Below the pieces are notes generated by a model. The model saw only the letters and a program-made list of their open reading frames with translations, ran no database searches and was not told the origin of the DNA. The position numbers and the translations under genes were made by a program. From positions 1 through 29,863 of the forward strand of contig JBHHVD010000036.1 in NCBI GenBank assembly GCA_046754105.1: a stretch of DNA of 29,863 nt, given 5' to 3'. Below, one piece after another: positions 7,759 through 18,465 of the stretch; positions within the stretch are counted from its first letter, which is position 1, and the number at the start of each line of letters is the position of its first letter. The stretch comes from Candidatus Krumholzibacteriia bacterium (lineage in GTDB: Bacteria; Krumholzibacteriota; Krumholzibacteriia; WVZY01).

Positions 7759-9087
7759 ATGACCAGCAGGATGCAGAGCCTGAAATCGAGATTCCATACC
7801 GTCGAGTTTTTTCTTGCGACCCTTCTCGTGTTCCCGGCCGCCGCAGGCGCCGACACGAGTTCGACGACTTCGGCGAGGCTGGACAGTACATCCGGGTTGG
7901 CCGAGTACGTGACGTACGCGATGGCACAGAATCCGTTCCTTCGGTCGTTCGCCGACCGTTTCGAGGCGGCCAGAGAGGTTCCATCCCAGGCGCGCGCGCT
8001 GCCCGATCCGATGTTGGCGGTAGGCGTGTTCGCGTCCAGCCCCGAGACACGGGTCGGCCCTCAAGAAGGCGCCCTGATGGTCTCCCAGAGGCTTCCGTTC
8101 TTCGGGAAACTATCGCTGCGGGGCCAGATCGCCGACAAGGACGCGGACATCTGGGGTCAGACCTACGAGGAAAAAGCGCTGGACCTCGTCCGGGACGTGA
8201 AAAGGGCCTACTACGAGTATTACCGGGTTCACGAGATAATCGACGTGACCGAGAAGGAAAAAGCAGTCATACGACAAATGCAAAACGTTGCGCAGGTCAA
8301 GTACGCCTCCGCGCTTGTGGGCCAACAGGACGTCCTCAAGGCGCAGCTTGCGCTTTCCAATCTGGACGACCGGCTCACCTCGCTTCGGAGGGACCTGGTC
8401 ACCGTTACCGCGCGTTTGAACGAGCTCCTCAACCGCGACCCCGGCGCTCCGCTGGCCGTTCCGCGTGTGCGAAGCGAGGGATTTGACCTGGAGAACCTCG
8501 ACTCGTTATACGAGCTCGCGCTGTCCAAACGTCCAGAGGTCGCGGCCGCGGACCTGAGCATCGAGCGGTCGGAGAGATCGCGATCGCTGGCGAAGAAGCA
8601 ATACTATCCGGACCTGACTCTTGGATTCAGTTACGTCACCGTCGACCAGCGGCCGGTCACGAACCTCGAGGACAACGGCAAGGACGCGATCCTGTTCAGC
8701 GCGTCGATCAACATTCCCATCTGGTATCAGAAGCTCGGCGCGGCGGTTCGGGAATCCGAGGCCAGGATCTCGATGGCGAAGCACCGGAGGCAGGGGATCG
8801 AAACGCGGATCCGGAACGAAGTCCAGGACGCCCGATCGAGAGTCCAGGCAGCCCGCGACCTCGTCAACCTGTACGCCAACGTTATTCTCCCGCAGGCCGA
8901 ACAGACGTTTCGGGCATCCGAAGCGGGATATCAAACCGGACGGGTCGATTTTCTCGATTATCTGGACAGCGAACGATCGCTGCTGGCATTTCGGCAGACT
9001 TACTTTGTCCTTGTGGCCGATCTCGGGAGGCAGTACGCCGATTTCGAAAGGACCTTGGGTGTGAAGACAGCCGGCGTGAACCGATAG
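7759..9087 (+). CDS. TolC-family outer membrane factor of a heavy-metal RND system (CusC/CzcC-like)
   Basis: Signal peptide; ALPDPML, SQRLPFFGKLSLR, YYPDLTLG, YQTGRVDFLDYLD OMF repeats; immediately upstream of the MFP and RND genes. Confidence 0.9.
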   Translation: MTSRMQSLKSRFHTVEFFLATLLVFPAAAGADTSSTTSARLDSTSGLAEYVTYAMAQNPFLRSFADRFEAAREVPSQARALPDPMLAVGVFASSPETRVGPQEGALMVSQRLPFFGKLSLRGQIADKDADIWGQTYEEKALDLVRDVKRAYYEYYRVHEIIDVTEKEKAVIRQMQNVAQVKYASALVGQQDVLKAQLALSNLDDRLTSLRRDLVTVTARLNELLNRDPGAPLAVPRVRSEGFDLENLDSLYELALSKRPEVAAADLSIERSERSRSLAKKQYYPDLTLGFSYVTVDQRPVTNLEDNGKDAILFSASINIPIWYQKLGAAVRESEARISMAKHRRQGIETRIRNEVQDARSRVQAARDLVNLYANVILPQAEQTFRASEAGYQTGRVDFLDYLDSERSLLAFRQTYFVLVADLGRQYADFERTLGVKTAGVNR

Positions 9088-9130
9088 TCATCGGTTCGCA
9101 GCCGGGACGGCTAAGAGGAAGGCGATTCTC

Positions 9131-11014
9131 ATGCAAAAAATAATTAAATCAAAGAATTCACTCCTGGGGGCTTGCGCGATTATCGTCGTGGTGGCCGCGA
9201 TCCTGTTTGTCATTCCGGGAGCGCGGCATCAGATTCTCGGTCTCCTCTCGTCCGAGTCGACGGGGGGAGAGGCGAGCGTGTACTACACCTGCCCCATGCA
9301 CCCCGATATCAGGCTTCCGCAGCCGGGCGAATGCCCGATCTGCGGCATGACTCTGGTCGAAAAGGAAGCCGGCGACGAGGAACAAACGGGGACCGTTGCC
9401 GTGACAACGCAGCAGTCCCAACTCACCGGGATCACGATAGAGCCCATAAAAGAGCGAGAGCTTTACAGGGAAATCGACACTTACGGCAAGGTCGACTACG
9501 ACGAGACGAAGCTTGGCGTCGTCGCTGCCTGGGTCGGCGGCCGCATCGACCGTTTATTCATCGACTTCACCGGTGTAACGGTGAAAAAGGGCCATCCGCT
9601 GGTTGAACTGTACAGTCCGAATTTGATCTCCTCGGAAAGGGAATACCTGCTCGCTCTCGAAAACCTGGACAAAGTCGAGCGTAGTGGATTTGAAGAGGCG
9701 ACCAGGAACGCCCGGGAGCTTGTCGCCTCGACCCGTCAACGGCTCCTGTGGCTTGGGCTGAGCGACAAGCAGCTGGACAAGATCGCCGCGACCAGGACCC
9801 CGGACGAACATATCATTATCTATGCGCCGCAGGGCGGGACGGTGATAGAAAAGAAGGCGTACCCGGGAATGTACGTCAAGGAAGGTGACGTGCTCTTCAA
9901 GGTGGCCGATCTTTCCCGCGTGTGGCTCTACGCCGATATCTACGAGGACGAGATTCCGTATCTTTACGAGGACCGCCCCGGGGATTACTACGAATGCGCG
10001 ATGCACCCCGAAGTGAGGTCGGATAAGCCGATAGACTGCTGGGAATGCGGCATGGCGTTGACGCGGTCAAACAAGTCCCTGAAAGTACGAATCGAGACAC
10101 GTTCGTTTCCCGGTGAAACCTTTGAGGGATACATCTCATTCACGGATCCTTTTCTGGACCCCGAAACCCGTACCGTCCGCATCCGGGTCAATATAGACAA
10201 CTCGGGGTTGCGCCTGAAACCGGATATGTTTGCGCGGGCGAAGATCCGGCTGCCCGCGGGCAACATGATCGCCGTGCCGGAGAACGCCGTTATCCACTCG
10301 GGTACGCGAAAGATAGTGCTCGTAGAGGAAGAGAAAGGAAAGTTCCGGCCGACGCTCGTCAGACTCGGCAGGCTGTGGCTCAACGATGTCGAGCGGTCCG
10401 ATGCGGAATCCCAAGACCTCGCTTTCCAAAGAGGCTCTCTGCGCTTTCATGAAGTGCTCGCGGGTCTTGAAACCGGCGAACAGGTAGTTACTTCCGGCAA
10501 TTTTCTCGTGAGCTCTGAGAGCCAACTCCAGGGCGCCCTCGCCAAGATGCTCGAGGACGAGGGGCAGGAGGGAACGGATGAGAAACCCGGCGGGGAGCAA
10601 CGTATAGCAGCCGCGGACGTTCCCAAGAAAGAGGAGGGCCGTTTTCCAGAGATTATGGAGGCGTACCTCGGGATTACGGATCGGCTGGCGAAGGACTCGC
10701 TCGAGGGCGTCGCCGAACTAGCCGAGACGATAGTCGCCAGCGCCGTAAACGACGGGATCAAGGAGGCGGCAGACTCGATGCGCCACACCATGGACAAGAG
10801 CGACATCGAAGCGGTCCGCCAGGACTTCCGCCGTCTGAGCGACATGATCATCGCCTACATCGAGGAGCACGGCGACCACATAGCGGCCAAACCCAACAAG
10901 GCCTACTGCCCCATGGCGGATGCCCGCTGGTTGCAGGCTGGCACTGCCATCGCCAATCCATACTACGGGGCCGAGATGCCCCGATGCGGAAACATTGAAC
11001 CCTGGGTACAATAG
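9131..11014 (+). CDS. cusB: CusB-like periplasmic adaptor with two heavy-metal-binding (CxMHP) domains and a C-terminal DUF3347-like domain
   Basis: YTCPMHP...CPICGM; LYSPNL, ADLSRVW, PETRTVRIR, LKPDMF core motifs; second YECAMHP...CWECGM; C-terminal YCPMA..W...NPYYG..MPRCG. Confidence 0.9.
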   Translation: MQKIIKSKNSLLGACAIIVVVAAILFVIPGARHQILGLLSSESTGGEASVYYTCPMHPDIRLPQPGECPICGMTLVEKEAGDEEQTGTVAVTTQQSQLTGITIEPIKERELYREIDTYGKVDYDETKLGVVAAWVGGRIDRLFIDFTGVTVKKGHPLVELYSPNLISSEREYLLALENLDKVERSGFEEATRNARELVASTRQRLLWLGLSDKQLDKIAATRTPDEHIIIYAPQGGTVIEKKAYPGMYVKEGDVLFKVADLSRVWLYADIYEDEIPYLYEDRPGDYYECAMHPEVRSDKPIDCWECGMALTRSNKSLKVRIETRSFPGETFEGYISFTDPFLDPETRTVRIRVNIDNSGLRLKPDMFARAKIRLPAGNMIAVPENAVIHSGTRKIVLVEEEKGKFRPTLVRLGRLWLNDVERSDAESQDLAFQRGSLRFHEVLAGLETGEQVVTSGNFLVSSESQLQGALAKMLEDEGQEGTDEKPGGEQRIAAADVPKKEEGRFPEIMEAYLGITDRLAKDSLEGVAELAETIVASAVNDGIKEAADSMRHTMDKSDIEAVRQDFRRLSDMIIAYIEEHGDHIAAKPNKAYCPMADARWLQAGTAIANPYYGAEMPRCGNIEPWVQ

Positions 11015-11016
11015 AT

Positions 11017-14000
11017 ATGAATCAAGATGAAAGAACCATGGTGCAGCAGGATCGTTCAGCTGTAGCCAGCGTTATCTCCTGGTGCATCGATAATCGATTC
11101 CTTGTTATTCTGCTCACGTTGATCGTCACAGTCGGCGGGTTAATCGCCATGGTCGGGACGCCGCTCGATGCCATTCCCGATTTGAGTGACGTACAAGTGA
11201 TTATTTACAGCGAGTGGATGGGGCGGGACCCGCAGACCGTCGAGGACCAGATTACCTATCCCCTGACCAGCGCCATGCTCGCGGTGCCCAAGGTGCGCGC
11301 CGTACGTGGTTATTCCTTCTTTGGCCTCTCCTTTGTGTACATCATTTTCGAGGACGGCACGGACATATACTGGGCCCGAAGTCGCGTCCTGGAGTACCTC
11401 GACCAGGTAAGCGGTCAGATCCCGGAGGACGCGACGACTTCCCTGGGGCCGGATGCTACTGGTGTCGGTTGGGTTTTTCAGTACACGCTCGAGGACGAAA
11501 CGAGAAAGTACGACCTCGGTGAGCTTCGCGCCATCCAGGACTGGTACGTCCGTTACCAGCTGATGGCCGTGCCTGGAGTAGCCGATGTCGCGGGCATCGG
11601 CGGATTCGAGCGGCAGTATCAGATCACCGTTTACCCCCATCTTCTTCAGACGTACGACGTGTCCTTGAAGAAGATCATCCATGCGATAAAACGCGGCAAT
11701 AACGACGTCGGCGGCCGCCTGCTGGAACTGTCCGAGTCGGAGTACATGGTTCGCGGCCGGGGTTACATTCAAAGCATCGAGGACATAGAGAACATTGTCG
11801 TCAAAGTCAACTCGGACGGCACGCCGGTGCTGGTAAGGAACCTCGGCCAGGTGCAAATGGGGCCGGACATCCGAAGGGGTATCGCCGAAAAGAACGGGGA
11901 AGGTGAGGTTGTCGGCGGGATTATCGTAATGCGGTTTGGCGAGAACGCCCTTAAGATAATCGACGACGTAAAGGACAAGATAGAGGAGATATCGGTCGGC
12001 CTTCCGGAAGGCGTAGAGATTCATACGGCGTATGACCGGAGTAAGCTGATCCGGAAGTCGATCGATACATTGACCCACGAGCTCATCCAGCAGATGATAA
12101 TTGTCACGATCGTCTGCATCATATTCCTGTGGCACGCCCGCAGCGCCTTTGTCGCCGCTTTCTCGCTGCCGCTGGGAATCCTGATCGCCTTCATCATCAT
12201 GCGGCTCATAGGGGTCAACGCGAACATCATGTCGCTGGGGGGCATCGCCATTGCCATTGGGGCCATGGTCGATGCGGCCGTGGTCCTGATCGAGAACACT
12301 CACAAGCACCTGGAAAAGGCCGGAGACGTCAAGGGAAAAGAGCGGTGGCAGCTGATCAAGTATGCAGCCGTTGAAGTAGGCCCGTCGCTTTTTTTCTCAT
12401 TGCTGATCATTACAGTGTCGTTCTTGCCGGTGTTCGCCCTCCAGGGTCAGGCGGGACGGCTGTTCAAGCCGCTCGCCTTTACCAAGTCGTTCGCAATGGG
12501 CGCATCCGCGGTGATCGCCGTTACGATAACGCCTATCCTCATGGGCATCTTCGTCCGGGGCAAGATTCATCCCGAGGAAAAGCTCTTTATCAGCCGGTTT
12601 CTGATATTCCTCTACCGGCCGGCCATCCAGTGGGTATTGAAAAATCGAGTGCTTGTTATCGTCATTTCGGTGATCATCCTGGCCATTACGTATCTCCCGT
12701 ATTCGAAGCTGGGCTCCGAATTCATGCCGCCGCTCAACGAGGAAGATATTCTCTATATGCCCACTTCGATCCCCGGCATCTCCGAAACGGAAGCAAGGAG
12801 AGTCCTGCAAACCCAGGACAAGTTGTTCAAGACGTTTCCGGAAGTCGACGTCGTTTTCGGAAAGATCGGAAGGGCCGACTCGGCTACCGATCCCGCCCCG
12901 CTCACCATGGTCGAAACGACCGTCACCTTGAAGGACCGCGAGGAATGGCCACGAAGATGGATCAAGTATGGGTTCGTACGCGAGCGGATCGAAGACGTAG
13001 TGAAGCTCCTGAACGGCAAGGGGTATATCGCTCGGGAAGCGGAAGTGGACCTGACATCCGTCGGCGCGGAGGTCGGAGGCATGGTGCGCAAGACGGCGCA
13101 GAAACGCATCCGTACGGCGCTGGCCCGCGGAGCCTCGCAGGACTTCGTAAACGTTCTGGTGAAAAATGAGTTGAAGGACGAAATACGGAACGCTTTGAGC
13201 GACTACCTGATAGCCAACGGCATGATAGAGCCCGGAAAACAAGACGATCTCTACAAAGCGGTCTCGTCGATTCTCGATAAGGACGTCGTTATCTCCTCGG
13301 TTCCCATGCGTGCCCTTACCATCGAAGATCTCATGTACGACGACATGGACAAGGAGTTCAGGTTTGTCGGTTTGACGAATGCGTGGACTATGCCGATCAA
13401 GACCCGGATCGACATGCTCGCCACCGGAATCAAGACCCCGATCGGAATCAAGATCTTTGGGGACGATCTCGTGACCCTGGAGAAGGTTGCGATCGAGGTC
13501 GAAGATGCCGTCAAGCGCGTTCCGGGCACGCTGACCGCGATTGCTGAGCGCGTCATGGGCGGCAACTATCTCGATTTCGAGATCGACCGGCGCGAAGTCG
13601 CACGGCACGGTCTCGCGGTGGACGACATCCAGGACATCATAGAAACCGCGGTGGGCGGCATGAACATCACCCAGACAATCGAGGGGAGGTACCGGTTCCC
13701 TGTCAACGTCCGCTACCCGAGAGAACTTCGAGACGATCCGGCAAAATTGGAACGGGTAATCGTCCACACTCCACATGGAGAGCAGGTGCCGCTGGGCCAA
13801 TTGGCAAAGCTCGTCATAAAAAAGGGCCCCCCGGGGATTAAGAGTGAGGACGCACTCTTGCAGGCTATCGTCTACGTCGACCTCCAAAAGGGCCAGGACG
13901 TGGGGAGTTACGTGGAACGGGCCCGGGCGGCGGTCGATGATGCGATCGAGATGCCGGCCGGGTACTACATGTCCTGGAGTGGGCAGTACGAGTACATGAT

Positions 14001-14571
14001 CGAGGTCAATCGGCGGATGAGGGTCGTGGTACCGGTCACACTGTTGATCATCTTTCTCCTGCTCTATTTCAACTTTGGCCGCATTACGGAAACGTTGATT
14101 GTCATGCTTTCGCTGCCCTTCGCGATCATCGGCGGCGTCTGGTATATGTACTTTCTCGATTTCAACGTGAGTGTTGCCTCCGGCGTCGGCTTCATTGCTT
14201 TGGCCGGGCTCGCTGCCGAGACGGGTGTCGTCATGCTGCTTTTCTTGAATATCGCCTATACGAAGGAAAAGGCACGCGGGGGTGTCATGACCAGGACGCG
14301 CCTGCACCGGGCAATCATGGAGGGCGCCGTTATCCGGGTGAGACCCAAGCTGATGACCGTGGCTACCACTATCATGGGCCTGCTGCCCATCATGTGGATG
14401 ATAGGTGCCGGCTCGAGACCTATGAAGCGCATGGCTGCTCCAATGATAGGGGGCCTGATATCATCAACGATACTGACCCTGATCGTAATACCTGCAATCT
14501 ACGCTATCGTGAAAGCACGTGAGGACAAAGTCAAAGTGGACGATGTGGAGGAACAGCCAGTAGTGGCTTGA
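11017..14571 (+). CDS. cusA: CusA/SilA-family Cu(I)/Ag(I) efflux RND permease
   Basis: PLDAIPDLSDVQVI, LGPDATGVGW, NIMSLGGIAIAIGAMVDAA, RVRPKLMT. Cu(I) Met-triad equivalents present in LYMP, APLTMVET and RIDML. Confidence 0.96.
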   Translation: MNQDERTMVQQDRSAVASVISWCIDNRFLVILLTLIVTVGGLIAMVGTPLDAIPDLSDVQVIIYSEWMGRDPQTVEDQITYPLTSAMLAVPKVRAVRGYSFFGLSFVYIIFEDGTDIYWARSRVLEYLDQVSGQIPEDATTSLGPDATGVGWVFQYTLEDETRKYDLGELRAIQDWYVRYQLMAVPGVADVAGIGGFERQYQITVYPHLLQTYDVSLKKIIHAIKRGNNDVGGRLLELSESEYMVRGRGYIQSIEDIENIVVKVNSDGTPVLVRNLGQVQMGPDIRRGIAEKNGEGEVVGGIIVMRFGENALKIIDDVKDKIEEISVGLPEGVEIHTAYDRSKLIRKSIDTLTHELIQQMIIVTIVCIIFLWHARSAFVAAFSLPLGILIAFIIMRLIGVNANIMSLGGIAIAIGAMVDAAVVLIENTHKHLEKAGDVKGKERWQLIKYAAVEVGPSLFFSLLIITVSFLPVFALQGQAGRLFKPLAFTKSFAMGASAVIAVTITPILMGIFVRGKIHPEEKLFISRFLIFLYRPAIQWVLKNRVLVIVISVIILAITYLPYSKLGSEFMPPLNEEDILYMPTSIPGISETEARRVLQTQDKLFKTFPEVDVVFGKIGRADSATDPAPLTMVETTVTLKDREEWPRRWIKYGFVRERIEDVVKLLNGKGYIAREAEVDLTSVGAEVGGMVRKTAQKRIRTALARGASQDFVNVLVKNELKDEIRNALSDYLIANGMIEPGKQDDLYKAVSSILDKDVVISSVPMRALTIEDLMYDDMDKEFRFVGLTNAWTMPIKTRIDMLATGIKTPIGIKIFGDDLVTLEKVAIEVEDAVKRVPGTLTAIAERVMGGNYLDFEIDRREVARHGLAVDDIQDIIETAVGGMNITQTIEGRYRFPVNVRYPRELRDDPAKLERVIVHTPHGEQVPLGQLAKLVIKKGPPGIKSEDALLQAIVYVDLQKGQDVGSYVERARAAVDDAIEMPAGYYMSWSGQYEYMIEVNRRMRVVVPVTLLIIFLLLYFNFGRITETLIVMLSLPFAIIGGVWYMYFLDFNVSVASGVGFIALAGLAAETGVVMLLFLNIAYTKEKARGGVMTRTRLHRAIMEGAVIRVRPKLMTVATTIMGLLPIMWMIGAGSRPMKRMAAPMIGGLISSTILTLIVIPAIYAIVKAREDKVKVDDVEEQPVVA

Positions 14572-14685
14572 TTTCAGAGTTGTACCGGGCGATCCCGGCG
14601 CCGCAGCGAAAGGCGTGCGGGTGCGCTCAAAGGTGTTTAAATTCGTCGTCGTTCCAGGTTCCAAACAACAATGGAGGTAATAAAG

Positions 14686-15117
14686 ATGCGGAACCCTGTG
14701 AGACTTTCAAACATGCTGATCGCCCTGTTCTCGATTGCTGTCTTGACGCTCGGAGCTGCGAGCGTGCTCGCGCAGCATTCGGAGGGTGAACAACATTCAC
14801 ATGACAAAATGAAAGGGATGCACGAGGGCAGCACCGTCACGATGGAAGGAGAGGTGCTCGACCTCTACTGCTTCATGAAGCATCCCGACAAGGGGCAAGG
14901 CGCCGGCCATGCAAAATGCGCCAAGAACTGCATTCGTAAGGGAATGCCGATAGGCTTCCTTTCGGACGGCGTGGTCTACTTGATCCTCGGTCAGAACCAT
15001 GAACCGGCCACCGAGCTCGTGGTCGATTTCGCCGGCACCCAAGCGAAGCTGACCGGAACCATCGTCGAGCACGATGGCGTCAAATCGATCGAAGTCGAGA
15101 AGATCGAGAAGCTCTAG
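14686..15117 (+). CDS. Small periplasmic His/Cys/Met-rich hypothetical protein (putative metal-binding)
   Basis: GGAGGT RBS before ATG 14686; signal peptide; QHSEGEQHSHDKMKGMH; GEVLDLYCF...GHAKCAKNC...GMP. Confidence 0.85.
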   Translation: MRNPVRLSNMLIALFSIAVLTLGAASVLAQHSEGEQHSHDKMKGMHEGSTVTMEGEVLDLYCFMKHPDKGQGAGHAKCAKNCIRKGMPIGFLSDGVVYLILGQNHEPATELVVDFAGTQAKLTGTIVEHDGVKSIEVEKIEKL

Positions 15118-15163
15118 GCTTCTCCTGGTGAGCAAGCAACTTCATCGGAGAGTTGGACGAATC

Positions 15164-16003
15164 GTGAAGAGCTGGATCGTGAATCGCAGGAAGGCCGTAC
15201 GGGTCGGCATCGGCCTCTTGCTGTTCACGGCGGTGGCGGCGTGGGGCGGGTTCACTTTTGTGAGCCGCCCCCGCCTGACACCGGCTCTGCGAGGACAAGA
15301 GGTCGCCCGGCGCCTCGGATGTGCTGCCTGCCACGGGCCGGGGGGCACCGGCGGGATACCCAACCCGGGAAGTAAAGAAAAAGAAATCCCGGCCTGGGAC
15401 GGTGGGGTGTCGATGATGTACGTGGAAAGCGAAGAAGAGATTCGCGAGTGGATCCTCGACGGTCACCCGAAGCGCCTGCAACGGCGCGAGGGCCAGGAGC
15501 CCGAAACCGCTCACGACGGAACATCGCACTCGCACGGGTCCGACGCGGACCTCGCCGAATCCGGGGAGCTGTCCCCGCCCTTGAAGATGCCGGCCTTCAG
15601 GGGACTCGTCTCCAAGCGCGAACTCGAAGATCTTGTCGCCTACTACAAGGCGATCGCCGCGTTCGACTCTCCCCCGCCGGTCGCGCTCGAGGGATACCTG
15701 ATCGCGTCTCGGCTCGGCTGCTTCGGATGCCACGGACCGGCGGGACGCCTGGGAGCAAAGAACCCACGCAGCTTCAAAGGATATATCCCGCCGTGGCAGG
15801 GCAAGGATTTCGCCGAGCTGGTTAAGGATGACGGGGAATTGCGCCAGTGGATTCTCCGCGGTCAAATCGATCGTTTCGAGTCGAATCCGCTGGCGCGGTA
15901 TTTCACACGGAGACAGATTATCAGGATGCCGGCCTACGAGTCCGTGATTGAGGATCGTGAGCTCAGGGCGCTCATGGAATACATCGCCTGGCTTCAACTG
16001 TAG
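15164..16003 (+). CDS. Membrane-anchored diheme c-type cytochrome
   Basis: TM helix; two heme motifs, CAACH and CFGCH, in duplicated domains each ending with a putative axial Met (MPAF/MPAY). Start uncertain (GTG 15164 or 15128). Confidence 0.88.
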   Translation: MKSWIVNRRKAVRVGIGLLLFTAVAAWGGFTFVSRPRLTPALRGQEVARRLGCAACHGPGGTGGIPNPGSKEKEIPAWDGGVSMMYVESEEEIREWILDGHPKRLQRREGQEPETAHDGTSHSHGSDADLAESGELSPPLKMPAFRGLVSKRELEDLVAYYKAIAAFDSPPPVALEGYLIASRLGCFGCHGPAGRLGAKNPRSFKGYIPPWQGKDFAELVKDDGELRQWILRGQIDRFESNPLARYFTRRQIIRMPAYESVIEDRELRALMEYIAWLQL

Positions 16004-16131
16004 ACTTGTACTGTCGACGCAACAAGCGCGTTGGCCGTCGACGGTCGGGCCGGAAAAACAGCGCCCCCGCGAAACGTGCCAGGCTCAGGGGGCGCATAGG
16101 GATGCCGGGACTCTCGAGATTCGAAGGATTC

Positions 16132-18336
16132 TTACAGGCGCACCCGCCGCAGGCGGAGTGCGTTGGCAATCACAGACACGGAACTGAAGCTCATGGCCCC
16201 GGCTGCGATAATCGGGCTGAGCAGGAGGCCTGCAACGGGGTACAGCGCGCCCGCAGCTACGGGCACTCCCAACATGTTGTACACGAAGGCGAAGAACAGG
16301 TTTTGCTTGATGTTCTTCATGGTTGCGCGGCTCAGCAACCGCGCGCGCACGATCCCCCTAAGGTCACCCTTGACCAGAGTGACACCTGCACTTTCCATCG
16401 CAACGTCCGTACCCGTTCCCATGGCGATGCCGACGTGCGCTTGTGACAGCGCGGGGGCATCGTTGACACCGTCGCCCGCCATCGCGACTACCCTGCCGGA
16501 TTCCTGGTAGTTTTTGACCACCTCCGCTTTCTGGTCGGGCAACACTTCGGAAACCACGTGCGACAGGCCGAGTTTCCTCGCTACCGCCTCGGCCGTTGTC
16601 CGGCTGTCGCCGGTGAGCATCACGACGCCGATACCGTCCCGGTGAAGCTGCCGTACTGCTTCCTCGGTCGTGCCCTTGATCGGGTCGGCTACACCGACAA
16701 GCCCCACCATCGCCCCATCCACGGCAAGAAACATGACGGTCTGTCCGTCGGCGCGCATCCCCTCGGCTTGTGCCGCCAGGGGGCCGGGCTCGATCCCGAG
16801 GTCTTCAAGGAGCTTGCCGTTGCCCAGTGCGACCCTGCGGCCGTCGACGGTTCCAGTGACACCTTTGCCCGTCACGGATTCGAAGTCATGGGCTTCGATG
16901 ATTTCCACATCTCGTTCCAGCGCGCCGGCGACGATCGCGGCCGCCAGCGGGTGCTCGCTGCCGCGCTCCAGGCTGGCCGCGTACCTCAACAACCTTTTCT
17001 CCTCCCACCCGCCTGCGGTAACGGTTGCCACCAACTTCGGCTTGCCCTCCGTTAACGTTCCCGTCTTGTCGACGACGAGCGTGTCCACCTTGCGCAGGAC
17101 CTCGATCGCCTCGGCGTTCTTGAAGAGAACGCCGGCTGTGGCGCCCTTCCCCGTCGCCACCATAATGGACATGGGGGTGGCGAGCCCCAGCGCGCACGGA
17201 CAGGCGATGATCAATACGGCCACCGCGTTGATGAGCGCCCGGGCCATTCTGGGGTCTGGCCCGAACAGGGCCCAAACGATAAAGGTGGCAAGTGCGATCA
17301 AGACCACTGCCGGCACGAAGTACCCGGCAACGATGTCAGCGAGCTTTTGAATTGGTGCGCGGCTGCGCTGCGCCTCTGCGACCATCTGCACGATTTGGGA
17401 GAGAAGCGAGTCGGCACCCACGCGCTCGGCTTTCATGACCAGAGACCCGGAGCCGTTGATCGTGGCCCCGATGATTTTATCACCCGGGCGTTTTTCGACG
17501 GGAATCGACTCCCCGGTCATCATCGACTCGTCCACAGCGCTGGCGCCGGTCAGGAGCACTCCATCTACCGGTATCTTCTCTCCCGGGCGGACGCGGAGCC
17601 GATCGCCCGGACGAACACGCTCGAGGGGGACATCCTCCTCGGTACCATCATCTCGGACGAGGCGAGCCGTCTTTGGCGCAAGTCCGAGCAGGGCCTTGAT
17701 GGCGGCGCCGGTCTGACTTCGTGCCTTCAATTCGAGTACCTGGCCGAGAAGAATCAGGGTGACAATGACACCCGCCGCCTCGAAGTAGACGGCAACTTCA
17801 CCCGTTTCCGAACGAAACGCCTGTGGGAATACCTGGGGAAAGACCGTAGCGATCAGGCTGTAGAGATACGCGGCCGCCACCCCCAGACCGATCAGGGTGA
17901 ACATGTTCCACGCGCGGTTCAGGATCGATTTCCACGCGCGTTCGAAAAATGGCCAGCCGGCCCACAGTACCACGGGAGTGGCGAGCATCAGTTCCAACCA
18001 CCCCAGCGCCCGTACGGACGCGAGGCGCTCGAAGGGGCGGCCCGGAATGAGATCGCCCATCGCAATGATGAATAGGGGCACGGAAAGAATCGCGCTGACC
18101 CAGAATCGACGTCTCATATCCGTTAGTTCCCGGTTCTCCTCGTCGCCCGCGGGCGCGTGTCTCGGCTCCAGCGACATGCCGCAAATGGGGCAGTCACCCG
18201 GGGCGTCCTGCACGACTTCCGGGTGCATCGGGCATGTATAAGATCTCGACCCGGATACGAGAACCGCGGTCTCCCGGTCCTCGCCGGGCGCGCTCGCGCC
18301 CGGGCGCGTCACGGGTTCTTCGTTACGGTGTTTCAT
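16132..18336 (-). CDS. copA: Cu(I)/Ag(I)-translocating P1B-type ATPase
   Basis: N-terminal YTCPMHP...[36 protein letters not shown] and MSFSS P1B-1 signature residues. Start ATG 18336 with GAGGT RBS. Confidence 0.95.
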   Translation of the reverse strand: MKHRNEEPVTRPGASAPGEDRETAVLVSGSRSYTCPMHPEVVQDAPGDCPICGMSLEPRHAPAGDEENRELTDMRRRFWVSAILSVPLFIIAMGDLIPGRPFERLASVRALGWLELMLATPVVLWAGWPFFERAWKSILNRAWNMFTLIGLGVAAAYLYSLIATVFPQVFPQAFRSETGEVAVYFEAAGVIVTLILLGQVLELKARSQTGAAIKALLGLAPKTARLVRDDGTEEDVPLERVRPGDRLRVRPGEKIPVDGVLLTGASAVDESMMTGESIPVEKRPGDKIIGATINGSGSLVMKAERVGADSLLSQIVQMVAEAQRSRAPIQKLADIVAGYFVPAVVLIALATFIVWALFGPDPRMARALINAVAVLIIACPCALGLATPMSIMVATGKGATAGVLFKNAEAIEVLRKVDTLVVDKTGTLTEGKPKLVATVTAGGWEEKRLLRYAASLERGSEHPLAAAIVAGALERDVEIIEAHDFESVTGKGVTGTVDGRRVALGNGKLLEDLGIEPGPLAAQAEGMRADGQTVMFLAVDGAMVGLVGVADPIKGTTEEAVRQLHRDGIGVVMLTGDSRTTAEAVARKLGLSHVVSEVLPDQKAEVVKNYQESGRVVAMAGDGVNDAPALSQAHVGIAMGTGTDVAMESAGVTLVKGDLRGIVRARLLSRATMKNIKQNLFFAFVYNMLGVPVAAGALYPVAGLLLSPIIAAGAMSFSSVSVIANALRLRRVRL

Positions 18337-18450
18337 TCTCTTGACCTCGGGTTTCCCTGCTTCCGGGCGCCTCCCGGCGGCCGCGAGCGGTACGGTTGAA
18401 TCGGTCGTGTTTGGAAGCGCCGTTGAGGGCCGGCGCACGACGAGTATACA

Positions 18451-18465
18451 GCAAAACGATTGCCA
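18451..18465 (-). promoter_or_regulatory. sigma54 (-24/-12) promoter of copA
   Basis: Minus strand TGGCAATCGTTTTGC (GG-N10-GC). Confidence 0.82.

Noticed and set aside
12397..14307. Long antisense ORFs (12397-14307, 19466-21412, 26599-29010, 11140-12309, 5516-6595 and similar)
   Set aside because: Shadow ORFs opposite well-supported genes in GC-rich DNA, with no recognisable motifs.
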